From assembly GCA_963707985.1 (NCBI GenBank), contig CAVPRW010000027.1:96001-160000 (forward strand): a stretch of DNA of 64,000 bases, given 5' to 3'. This document shows, one piece after another, positions 55,266-64,000 of the stretch (position 1 is its first letter; each line of letters starts with the position of its first letter). Source of the stretch: an uncultured Nitrospinota bacterium. Its GTDB lineage: Bacteria > Tectomicrobia > Entotheonellia > J063 > CAVPRW01. Under the pieces are notes generated by a model, which made no database searches, was not told where the DNA came from, and saw nothing but the letters and a program-made list of their open reading frames with translations. A program made the position numbers and the translations under genes.

Positions 55266-56135
55266 ATGACCACACCCTGCACACGCCCCCGGGCCCGCAC
55301 CACCGATGGCCGCGGCGTCCACCAGCGACTCGCCTGGCAGACGACCCTCTGGTTGGGCGCGTTTGCCGGGCTGTTTGGGTATTTCCTGTTGCGTTACATG
55401 GTGCTGCAATTGCCCGTCTTGCCCCCCTACACCGTGGGGCCCCTCACGTTCACCCCCTTTGGGCCACTGGTCGCCCTGGGCATATGCTTCGGCATCCACC
55501 TCACCCACCGCTGGTGTGGGCACTTTGACCTGGAGTGGCCCACCGTGCAAGCCGTAGTGGCCTGGGTCTTGACCACGGGCGTGGTGATGGCACATTTCAT
55601 GGCCCTTGGCGATGCCTCCCCCGCCCGGCTGTTCGATCCCAGCGCCTTGCTAAATATGCGCAGCGACCTTTCCTCGTTTGGCGGGTTTCTCGGCGGCACC
55701 ATCGCCGCCGTGGTGTTCTGTAAGCGACGGGCGTTACCCCTCCGCCCGGTACTCGATTGCGTCCTTTACGGCTTGATCGGCGGCTGGCTCTTTGGGCGGC
55801 TGGGCTGTTTCTCGGTCCATGACCACCCGGGCGTTCCGACCGCGTTCCCAACCGGCGTGCGCATCCAGGGGGTGCTGCGTCACGATCTCGGGTTGTATGA
55901 ACTGGTGTTTACTCTGGGGTTGTTTACGGTTCTGACACTGGCCATGCGTCGGCGTCGGCGCTTTGACGGGTTTGTCGTGGCGGTGACGGCCACGACCTAC
56001 GCCCTCGTGCGCTTTGGCCTCGATTTCCTCCGCGTGGGTGACACCACGTATGCCGCCTTGACCCTGGCCCAATGGGGCTGTCTGCCGTTGTTCGCGCTCG
56101 GCGTGCACACCTTTCGGCGCGGCTGGCGGCGATGA
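55266..56135 (+). CDS. prolipoprotein diacylglyceryl transferase (Lgt) family protein
   Basis: FG.LVA.G, LSSFGGF.GG, GRLGCF..HDHPG, H.LGLYE and RF.LDFLR. Confidence 0.85.
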   Translation: MTTPCTRPRARTTDGRGVHQRLAWQTTLWLGAFAGLFGYFLLRYMVLQLPVLPPYTVGPLTFTPFGPLVALGICFGIHLTHRWCGHFDLEWPTVQAVVAWVLTTGVVMAHFMALGDASPARLFDPSALLNMRSDLSSFGGFLGGTIAAVVFCKRRALPLRPVLDCVLYGLIGGWLFGRLGCFSVHDHPGVPTAFPTGVRIQGVLRHDLGLYELVFTLGLFTVLTLAMRRRRRFDGFVVAVTATTYALVRFGLDFLRVGDTTYAALTLAQWGCLPLFALGVHTFRRGWRR

Positions 56136-56445
56136 CGCGGAGCCGCAATCTAATCCGGGAATAAGGGTTTGGCGAGACATGGCAACAAAGGCTTCTGAAA
56201 GAAGGGAGGGATGGACAGATGGATGTCATGACAGAAGTCCGGTTAATGGTGCTCAGCGGGTGGGTGCTGCTGTACGGCCTGGCATTCGGGATAGCTGTTG
56301 GCATCAAGGCGCTGCGCAAGCGCCGGAAGCGCCAGCCATAGGCATGGCCCGCCGCCGTGGACGCAGCGCCGGTCGGCCTCTTCTCAGGTGCTGCTCCAGC
56401 TTACGCATTCTCAGTGATGACTTCTGCATAAGGAGGCCTATTGCG

Positions 56446-56815
56446 ATGGAGCTCGTTCTAGCTGATGGTACAGTTTTCTCCCGGTCGATCATTTGGTGCG
56501 CTGCGCGCGGCCCGGGGAGAGAAGGGTTTGAGTCATGAATTCCCTCTCCTCGTATCTGACAAAAGACTCGCCAATACTGCCCCGGCGAGTTCTGGTCTTG
56601 GGTTCCGGAGCCCTGAAGATTGGGCAAGCGGGCGAAATCGAGGCCACTGAGGACCGCCAGCTCTTTGTCGAGATGCTCGATGACATCAGGCTGGCCATTG
56701 ACCTCGGGATTTCCGTCGTTGGCGAAGCCGCTCTGACGCGTTGCGTGATTCAAGCACTCCTCAGCGCGCCGCTCGAATTACTTGAGGTAAAACCCTGGAA
56801 GCACTACGTGTCCCA
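56446..56815 (+). pseudogene. collapsed carA-carB remnant
   Basis: ELVLADGTVF / PGRSFGA...RGE (CarA start), then VLVLGSGALKIGQAGE, IEATEDR.LF and RLAIDLGI (CarB pieces). Confidence 0.75.
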
Positions 56816-57415
56816 GGTCTCGGCCGAGCGAGCCCGGTGTACACACCTGCTTGTTCGCGGGGAGGACGATGAGGCCGGTGAGCGAAGGAGGGGCATTCGA
56901 GGTGGCATACAATATCTTCGGCGGCAAGCGTGTTCAAGTATTCTTCGCCGTCTGGGAGCAGGCACCTATCAAGACCACTCTCCTTCGGGATCTGGACGAG
57001 TTAGTGCCTGTTCGATATGTCACGTTCAGCAGCCCAGAGGAACTCAGGAAGCCGCTGTTGGAATTCCTCGGCGCCTTTGCGGGGATCAGCGACACCGATG
57101 CTGCCGACTTAGCAGACCTGAGCAGTTGGGAAGCCGATGAGGTCACCGCGCCAGCAGGATGGACATAGGGGGACAAACAGACAAACTTCGCCAAATTTCC
57201 GTGACGTATATGGCTGGCTATAGCGACCTTATTCCGAGGCGCGAACGCCTTGCCGCCGCACAAGATATAATGCTCTATGATCATCAATCGTTGGGCGCGG
57301 GTGAGATGGCCCGAAAAGTGGCCCAATATCAAGGTATCAGGGCATATCTGCCTGATAATCATTGGTTCGGCCGTCTTGCATACGATCGGCTGCCCATCAC
57401 TTTCTAGGAGCTAGT

Positions 57416-57607
57416 CTGGAAGGCATTCAGTTCGTCGTCAACGAGAAGGGTCAGAAAGTCGCTGTCTTGATTGATTTGCACAAGTACGGTGAACTGTGGG
57501 AGGACTTTTACGACAGCCTCATCGCCCGTTTGCGAAAGGAGGAGCCAAGGGAAATCCTGACTTCGGTCAAAAAGCGTCTGCGCAAACAAGGCAAACTCGG
57601 TGACTGA
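57416..57607 (+). CDS. putative antitoxin (CTG start)
   Basis: GIQFVV.EKG.K.AVLIDL..YGELWEDFYD; overlaps the relE-like gene; GGAG RBS. Confidence 0.7.
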   Translation: MEGIQFVVNEKGQKVAVLIDLHKYGELWEDFYDSLIARLRKEEPREILTSVKKRLRKQGKLGD

Positions 57608-57860
57608 ACATATGATTACGTTCGCGCGCTCTGCTCGCAGAGAGCTGGAGGCGTTGGATGTGCGTGTCGTCCAGCGAATAGTATCGGCGATCGACGCGTT
57701 AGCCGGAGATCCACGTCCCAGAGGCTGTCGCAAACTGCGAGGAGAGAGCAATCTCTGGCGGATTCGGATCGGCGAGTATCGAGTAGTCTAGGCGGTATAT
57801 GATGCGAGGCGGCTTGTCGACATCATTGCGGTTCGCCATCGTAGCAAAGCCTATGAATGA
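57600..57860 (+). pseudogene. RelE/ParE family toxin with in-frame TAG at 57789-57791
   Basis: SARREL..L, PRP.G..KL.G, WRIRIGEYRVV*A and VRHRSKAY. Confidence 0.88.
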
Positions 57861-57898
57861 GCCAATGGCAGGTGTGCAGGGATAATAAGCAGAGAACG

Positions 57899-57946
57899 GC
57901 CGAACCAGAGCCTGGAGCCGACGCGCAAGAAGCCGCGCGCGGCCGA
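57899..57946 (+). other. partial attC site (left half)
   Basis: GCCGAAC inverse core; shares AGCCTGGAGCCGACGCG with the attC at 59781. Confidence 0.7.
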
Positions 57947-58408
57947 CATTGACCTTCACATCTCACTCACTAATCAAACAGCCGAGAGAAGCTCTCGCGA
58001 AACGGCCGCGCGGGGCGCTCAAGGTGCCAACCCGCCAAACGTCACGCAATGGGTGCTGCAGTGAATCAGAACCCGTCTAACCGCGCAGCCGAAAGGGGGA
58101 AGCCATAGACTTTTATTCCGTAGTTGACGAGCCTGACGAGACGGCGAGCTGGGCCTATCTTCTCGGCGAGGTCAGCGTCTACATGGAATTGCTATTCATT
58201 TTGAACAGCCGCCGTGACAAAGAGGTCTGGCAGTACATCGTTGGCGTGGCCGCTCACCTCGAGTACCTCGCTGAAGCTGTCATCCCTCGCTGCGCCCGGG
58301 ACTCCGCTGCGCTTCGTTGGACGGCAGCCGTCATAGTACCCGTCACCCGAGCCCTGGTTCAAGACTCCCTGTGCTATAATCTGGTTCGGACGTAATCGAC
58401 TGGTCGCC

Positions 58409-58759
58409 ATGCCCAGTAACAGGATGCTTATGCCTGCTGGCAGACGTTGGACGGTTCGGGATCGCTATAGCAATGCTGTCTACCTCACGCATGAGCGATG
58501 GCACCACATTATCGGGGCAATGAACCATCCCGAGATGGCGCTTTACGAAGAGCAATTGAAAGAAACCATACAGTCAGGCCAGCGCCGACAAGATGCTCTC
58601 AACCCGCAAAAATACCGCTACGTCAAAGCGTTTGCTGATCTGCCCGAGGGCAACACGCATATGGTCGCGATCGTCTTGTTTCGGTTTCGTCAGGGCGACG
58701 ACGGGAAACTCAATCCGAACAACTACATCGTCACGGCTTACATGAGAGAACTTGGATGA
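58409..58759 (+). CDS. hypothetical protein, putative toxin partner of DUF2283
   Basis: LT.ERW.HI...HPEM and C-terminal IVTAY, typical of RelE/BECR-like folds. Confidence 0.65.
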   Translation: MPSNRMLMPAGRRWTVRDRYSNAVYLTHERWHHIIGAMNHPEMALYEEQLKETIQSGQRRQDALNPQKYRYVKAFADLPEGNTHMVAIVLFRFRQGDDGKLNPNNYIVTAYMRELG

Positions 58760-58763
58760 AACC

Positions 58764-59141
58764 ATGAGTGAACCGGTCTTTACCTATGATGAAGCCAGCG
58801 ATACGTTGTACATTTCTTTTGCACCTGGTGAGGCGGCCACAGGTATCGAATTAACGGATCATATCCTCCTGCGTATCAATAAGAGAGAGCGCCGTGCTAT
58901 TGGGCTAACCCTATTGGACTACTCCATCCTCGCGCACACAACGGATATTGGTCCACGGAGCTTCCCCCTGACGGGTCTTGACGAGCTGTCAGATGACCTA
59001 CGAGAAATGGTACTGGACATCCTGTTGCATCCACCAGTGCATGAGATCCTCTCGCTCTCGGCATATACACCCTCACTCGCTGAAATGATCCCAATCATCT
59101 CATTGCAACCGTTGTCAGTAGCAGCAAGTACATCCTTATAG
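58764..59141 (+). CDS. DUF2283 family protein
   Basis: YDEASDTLYISF...IEL...ILLR......IGLT. Confidence 0.75.
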   Translation: MSEPVFTYDEASDTLYISFAPGEAATGIELTDHILLRINKRERRAIGLTLLDYSILAHTTDIGPRSFPLTGLDELSDDLREMVLDILLHPPVHEILSLSAYTPSLAEMIPIISLQPLSVAASTSL

Positions 59142-59163
59142 CACCGGCAAGTTACCGTCTAAC

Positions 59164-59775
59164 CGCAAGGTCAAGCCGTTCAACGGAGTGAGCACACTTT
59201 TCAGGCGACTACGCACACACCTAGCGTCCGTTGGCCCCGGTGTCCAAATTGAGTTCTACCTGATAAGCAGCGGTCTTGGGGAAATCCTGCGTAACACGCA
59301 AATCGCCAAGCACTTCGCGGCTATTTGGGCCTGCGATTTCGAGTATGGTCCGGACGCACGAATCACCTTCCCTAAACGCATCGTGAGCTTTACTGACAAA
59401 ACACGCTATCTGTTTTACGTCTCAAAGGGACTAATTGGACCCGAATATGATTCGAAGCCGTTCGAGGTAAACCGCAAAGTACCTGATGATCAGCTTCGTG
59501 TCCCTTTTGACCGCATGATCTTCGTGGGGGACGGCTATACTGACGTTCCTTGCTTCTCGTTGGTACGCAAAGCCGGCGGCGTGGCTTTAGGTGTGTACGA
59601 TCCCAACAACCGTAAACGTTGGGGACGCGCTTGGGGATTCATCGAGGACGGACGCGTGTCAAACCTTGTGCCGGCGGATTATGGTAAATCCGGCAGCCTC
59701 TACCATTCGCTGCTGATGGCACTTGACGCTATGGCGAATCGCGTTGCACTCATGCGTCAATCATACCAAGGTTAG
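59164..59775 (+). pseudogene. HAD-like hydrolase, 5'-truncated
   Basis: YLISSG, KTRYLF..SKG and MIFVGDG.TDVPC; HAD motif I is missing. Confidence 0.75.
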
Positions 59776-59780
59776 AGGCC

Positions 59781-59839
59781 GTCTAACAACAGCCTGGAGC
59801 CGACGCGGTAACCCGCGCAGCTCATGCCTACCGTTCGGT
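59781..59839 (+). other. attC site (59 bp)
   Basis: GTCTAAC ... GAGC.GA.CGCGG/CCGCG.CA.GCTC stem ... GTTCGGT, beginning 6 nt after a stop codon. Confidence 0.8.
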
Positions 59840-59889
59840 AGACCAAGCAAGAAAGTCAAACAGCGAGATCGTCCAGGGGGCTTGGAATT

Positions 59890-60348
59890 CCCTGGCCACC
59901 TTGATGGCTTTGTTGATGATGTTGGGGTCAACATGATGTCGACGGGTGACACCGGAACGTGGGTCGACGGAGACGTCCCGGGGGGGAAGGCATACTGCCA
60001 GCCCCATATCGTAGCAGTATGCAGAGACTTCCGCGCCAGTGCATGGGGCAGGTAGTCTGCACCTTGTCCCTGTGCCACATCCTGCTGATGCAGCATGTTG
60101 ACCCTCGCCGGTTGGTTTTGAAGCAACGGGGTAAGCGTCGCGGGAAAGGTGGTGAAGCGGTCCTTATCGCCCTTGCCCGAGCGGACGGTCAGTGGCTTCA
60201 TCGCAAAGTCGATGTCCTGGACTCTGAGCCGGACGGCTTCCATAATGCGTAAGCCGCTCCCGTAAAGCAATTGAGCCACCAGTTGTGGGGTGCCGTCCAT
60301 GAGCACGAGGACGGTGGCACCTTCGTCGCGGGTCATCACCACGCGGAT
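59890..60348 (-). pseudogene. intI: integron integrase fragment
   Basis: LLYGSGLR..E, VRSGKG.KDR, the IntI-specific YLPHALARK..WGWQY.FP and RRHHVD; N-terminus and catalytic C-terminus are absent. Confidence 0.9.
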
Positions 60349-60632
60349 TTCTTAGAACGCCACTGGCCCTCACTCAACGAGCTGACAGACTGGCTTGGCA
60401 TGTCGGAGGAGACCAACAAGGGGATCTCATACGCTGTCATGCGCAACCTCGGTTTCGATCCACCGGAGCTCGATGCAGACGCCTCACCCTTTCATCGAAC
60501 GGACGCACAACGGTGGGGCACGTTTGCGTGCTCCGTCACGGCAGGCGGCGCCGTTGTGTGCCGTTCATGTCCAACATTCGGCGTCATGCATCCCGCCGAA
60601 GTTGCGATGATAATTGATTGGAAGCTGATCCG

Positions 60633-61316
60633 ATGGCTGCCACAACCGTTACCCTTCTATGCCGATTTGGCCCGTATCTTTTCATCGTCCCAGCCACTAC
60701 CACGATAGGGGCACTCGCCAGCACGCTGGCCGGTTCCGTGGCTATGGTTGCGATCGGCGCCGTGATCGGACTGGGCTGGGGTGTGCTCGTAGGGCGCATC
60801 GCCGGGTGGCCGGGCCGGCGAGAGGACTGGGATCTCAAACTGGCGAATCGGTCGATGTTGCTGGCAGTTCTAGCAGCGACCACGCTGTTCGGCGGCTCAC
60901 TGTTCGCGATGATGCTGTACGCCGCAGCGTCGTCGTCGCCCGAGATCGTGCTCATTCTAATGCGGCCGCCGATGAAAGGCGGATTCACGTTCTTCCTGAT
61001 CTTCAATACGCTAATGGAATGGTTGGTGATCCCCCCAGCCGTCTACCTTAACTGGCACCTTTCGCAGCGCAGAATACTCGTTGTCGTCGGGGCTCTTCTG
61101 TACTACGCGGCGCGCGTCTGGACCTACCTCTACTTCGTCCCGAACATCTTCGAGTTTATGGCGACGTCCACCGGCGGCCCACTATCCGCGGAACTGGTGA
61201 ACCGGGTGACGCGATGGGTGAACCTGAGCTGGGTCAGGGCAGCCATCGATGGGTTGACAGCTGGGCTCTTCCTAGTGGCTGCCTCGAAGGCCGGCGCGCC
61301 GAGGAGCCGCGTATGA
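60633..61316 (+). CDS. multi-pass membrane hypothetical protein (probable cassette gene; start uncertain)
   Basis: Several TM helices, RVWT.LYF.P and W..L.W.R; followed by an attC-like sequence. Confidence 0.6.
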   Translation: MAATTVTLLCRFGPYLFIVPATTTIGALASTLAGSVAMVAIGAVIGLGWGVLVGRIAGWPGRREDWDLKLANRSMLLAVLAATTLFGGSLFAMMLYAAASSSPEIVLILMRPPMKGGFTFFLIFNTLMEWLVIPPAVYLNWHLSQRRILVVVGALLYYAARVWTYLYFVPNIFEFMATSTGGPLSAELVNRVTRWVNLSWVRAAIDGLTAGLFLVAASKAGAPRSRV

Positions 61317-61317
61317 C

Positions 61318-61395
61318 GCCGAACCCCCGCGTCATACGGACCGCCCAACGGCGTCGCCGTTGGGTTCCCATCGCATTTCGCGCAGCGGCCGGCAT
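61318..61395 (+). other. degenerate attC-like sequence
   Basis: GCCGAAC immediately after the stop codon, with a CCCAACGGCG/CGCCGTTGGG hairpin; no right core found. Confidence 0.45.
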
Positions 61396-61565
61396 CCTCT
61401 GAGCGCCGGCCTGAGGATAAGGCGTGTTCCCGAAATTATCAACGCAGCTTCGACCGCCATGCGGGGGCCCTTGCGCCTCTCGCACGCGACACGGGCGCCG
61501 AGGGATACCCTCGACGCCCGTGGGCAAGAACCGCGAGGACCGTGACGCTGCTCGCGGAGGACCGC

Positions 61566-61973
61566 CTAGCGCATCGGCGCGGATCGGATCGGGCGCCGGA
61601 AGAGATTGCCGAAGACGGGGTCCGGCAGTTCCTCCTCGAGGACCAGCGTGCCGCGCAGGTTCGTGACATTTCCCGCCGTGGCGATACAGGCAAAGACCCC
61701 CGAGCCCGAGTCCGTGACGCGCGCGACAAGGTTACAGAACTGCCCCGCGCCCAGCGGGCCGGAGCAGTTCGACGTCGCCTCCGTCCCGCCAAAGTCGTTG
61801 ACGATCTTCAGGGCCACCGTAAGCGCGGACGTCCCGCCATTGAGGACCACGCAGTGGGCAAGGTCCTGTGAGCTGGTGCCGAAAATCGTCGGACTGGAGA
61901 TCTGGGCGGCATACGACATGCCGCCGAGCGCCAGCACCGCGGCGCAGGCCATCGCCAGGATGAGCGTTTTCAT
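61566..61973 (-). CDS. small secreted 4-Cys protein, paralogue A
   Basis: AAGGAGG RBS, signal peptide, four Cys in the mature part, LRGTL. Confidence 0.8.
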   Translation of the reverse strand: MKTLILAMACAAVLALGGMSYAAQISSPTIFGTSSQDLAHCVVLNGGTSALTVALKIVNDFGGTEATSNCSGPLGAGQFCNLVARVTDSGSGVFACIATAGNVTNLRGTLVLEEELPDPVFGNLFRRPIRSAPMR

Positions 61974-62032
61974 CGCAACCTCCTTACGTTGGTGCATAGG
62001 AGTATGCACATGTGGGTGAGAGGGGCAGGGCC

Positions 62033-62431
62033 TTACCGCAGATCCTCTGCCGCGCGCACCCTGGATTCATGATCAAATTCGCCGATTTCAAGCGTGCCTC
62101 GCAACGAGGAGACGTTGGAAGCCGTCACCTTACAGGCGACGAAGGAGTCATCAGGCAACTCGTCCGTCATCACCATACACGCACCCCCTCCAGCCAGCGG
62201 GGCCTGGTTGCAAGTGTCGATGTCCATGACACCCACGCCATTGTTCGAGACCAGTGAGACCTGCACGCTGACCGGGGTGGTCCCGGTGTTCAGGATGCGG
62301 CACGCCCCATAGATGCCGACATTGATTCGGCCATCGGTCGGCAGCGGGGGGCTGAGGAGCTGCGCCGCCTGTACAAGGCTGGCGAGTCCCAAGAAGACAG
62401 CGAAGGCGGTCACAGCAATGTACGTTCTCAT
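62033..62431 (-). CDS. small secreted 4-Cys protein, paralogue B
   Basis: AGGAGG RBS, signal peptide, same Cys spacing, LRGTL. Confidence 0.8.
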   Translation of the reverse strand: MRTYIAVTAFAVFLGLASLVQAAQLLSPPLPTDGRINVGIYGACRILNTGTTPVSVQVSLVSNNGVGVMDIDTCNQAPLAGGGACMVMTDELPDDSFVACKVTASNVSSLRGTLEIGEFDHESRVRAAEDLR

Positions 62432-63313
62432 GGAAACCTCCTGACGGTTCATGGTTGAGCCCATGCGCGTGGCTCGGGAGCAGGCTCACCCGAGCCCGAT
62501 CGAGCACGCGCCACTCGTCTCATGACAGGGACGCGCGGTGGCCCCGGTACGGGGCCTGCCGTGGGCAGGCAGCTATCCTGCGCTTTCCCCGCCGCTAAAT
62601 ATCACGAGCCCGCTGTCAACGAGATCGTCAAACCTCGGCCATCACCTCCTTTCTCGACGCTCGTTGAGAGCCTCTTGCATCGTCTTTCATGAGGCCTCAC
62701 CCACGAGGCCCCAGCGCCCCAAGCTTCCCTGAGCCGTGCCGCCCACGTCACCCCTGGCGGTCGTCCCATCTGAGCGCTCTGCCTTCCAGGAGAGGGCAAA
62801 ACCGATGCCACCCGGCCGGGTGTACGCTTTGGGCTGTGTTCGCAAGCAGTTGCAGCGCACGAGCGGCTTGGCATGGCCCTGCCCCCCCTGCGACGGCAGT
62901 TGACAGGCATACGCCGCCGTGACCGGCAGGGCACGACCCACCAGGCCCGTCGTCCGGTGCCACTCCGGTCGCCGGTGCAACCTACGTCGCACCCTCCCAG
63001 CCCTGGGGCAATGATTTCGTGCGGTGGGGACCGATCGCACCCGCGCCGCGTCGCACGGGGCCATCGCCGATGTGCCCTGTGTGGCACGGGGGACCAAGCT
63101 CGCCACCACATCCTTGACCTCAGTGGGGAATGATACCGACCGTATCTAGAGGCGCGAACCCCTGGCCGCGCATCCAATATAATGCTCCCTGATCGTGGAT
63201 AGGTGAGCGCTGGTGAGGAGGCCCGAATAGTGGCCCAATTCCGAGGGATCAGGACACATCGGCCTGATACGCCGTGGTGAGGCGTGTACGTTGACTATTG
63301 AGGTCATCAAAAC

Positions 63314-63535
63314 ATGGAAAGCATCGAAAGCATTCTCAACGTTTTTCAGCAGCTTGACTGGCGCTCGATATTCGACTTTATTCCCATCGCTGCATGCATT
63401 GCCGCGGCTGTCACGCTCGGCAGTACCATTGCCGCACGAAAGCAGGCTCAAAGGGCTTTGACCATCCATCTTCACGAGTATTATCTCAGTGCAGACTTCC
63501 ATGCCAAAGTCAGGGCCCCTGCGTACCAGGTGGTG
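63314..63535 (+). pseudogene. membrane-anchored hypothetical protein, 3'-truncated
   Basis: GAGG RBS and an N-terminal TM helix; runs into IS6-like sequence. Confidence 0.45.
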
Positions 63536-63538
63536 GTG

Positions 63539-63800
63539 TCAACTGTTGCACCACGAAGGTGAGTTTGGATGCGTGCTCGGTGATGGCTCGTTTCCGCCGC
63601 CGCTAGCAGCTCCATCAAATGGGCAAAAGAGGTACCGCCACCGCTCTTGGACGGGCACAGAGGTCTCATCGACGTACCAACTCTTGCTGGCGGTGCCCCG
63701 GCGTTTCTTCCGTAGGCACGCTATCGACACAGGGGCCAGCCGGGCCTCCTATGCGCGGGCTCCAGCCACTCATGAGGGTGTACAGGCCAAGGGCAAACAG
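63539..63800 (-). mobile_element. IS6-family transposase remnant
   Basis: SWYVDETSVPVQERWRYLF..FD matches the IS6 W.VDETY..V...W.YL.RA.D motif. Confidence 0.7.
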
Positions 63801-64000
63801 GGGTAGACACCCCCCTTGGGCCGGCGTCAATCCAGTGTAGGTGGCATCGCCAAGGTGTAGACAATCCAGGCAGAAACGGACGACGGGATAACTTGTGGCG
63901 GGCAACGCAACGACGAAGTCGTCGAAGCATTTCCGGTGGCGGATCGCCAGCGTGATGATGGAGGGATACGCTGACGCGGTCGGTGCCACCGGAGAAGGTC

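Noticed and set aside
56535..57140. 201-aa ORF as a real gene
   Set aside because: A chimera of carB remnants and off-frame downstream sequence.
37478..57791. Genome-wide amber recoding suggested by several in-frame TAGs (IS, SET, RelE)
   Set aside because: TAG is the normal stop of hisB, hisA, hisF and glgC, and the internal TAGs appear to replace different residues.
62600..63150. Possible group II intron or IS remnant
   Set aside because: GC-rich and structured with a GTGCG on the minus strand, but I found no convincing domain V, RT or transposase motif.

Overview
This is a bacterial chromosomal window; gene content and order suggest a deltaproteobacteria-like or Tectomicrobia-like lineage (inference only). 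From 1-11.7 kb it holds an intact housekeeping block: hisC-B-H-A-F-IE, then rpsU-cvpA-mutS2-dnaG-rpoD. From 12-31.6 kb it holds metabolic genes, including glgC, a GH57/DUF3536 protein, mobA and a GT2 plus radical SAM pair. This part also contains a gene the ORF track splits in two: an in-frame UGA in a U-G-G-C motif followed by a hairpin, which is a probable UGSC-family selenoprotein of 574 aa (16893-18617). From 30.2-41.9 kb, two diverged ~1.4 kb direct repeats bracket an island with a PIN toxin-antitoxin pair and a very large putative defence locus (Mrr-like nuclease, helical repeats, PIN-like domain). That locus is interrupted by an IS whose exact removal restores the reading frame. The last 22 kb is an accessory mosaic: a molybdoenzyme pair flanked by two palindromic elements, a cytochrome c peroxidase with a DAHL/PAS kinase, a triple-DHH-repeat lipoprotein next to an Lgt paralogue, a decayed integron with attC sites and TA cassettes, tandem 4-Cys secreted paralogues, and many stubs (comM, glnII, carAB, IS1182, IS6). 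Many single-base frameshifts look like consensus sequencing errors. No rRNA, tRNA or CRISPR array was recognised. All family calls come from motif recognition by eye, not database searches.
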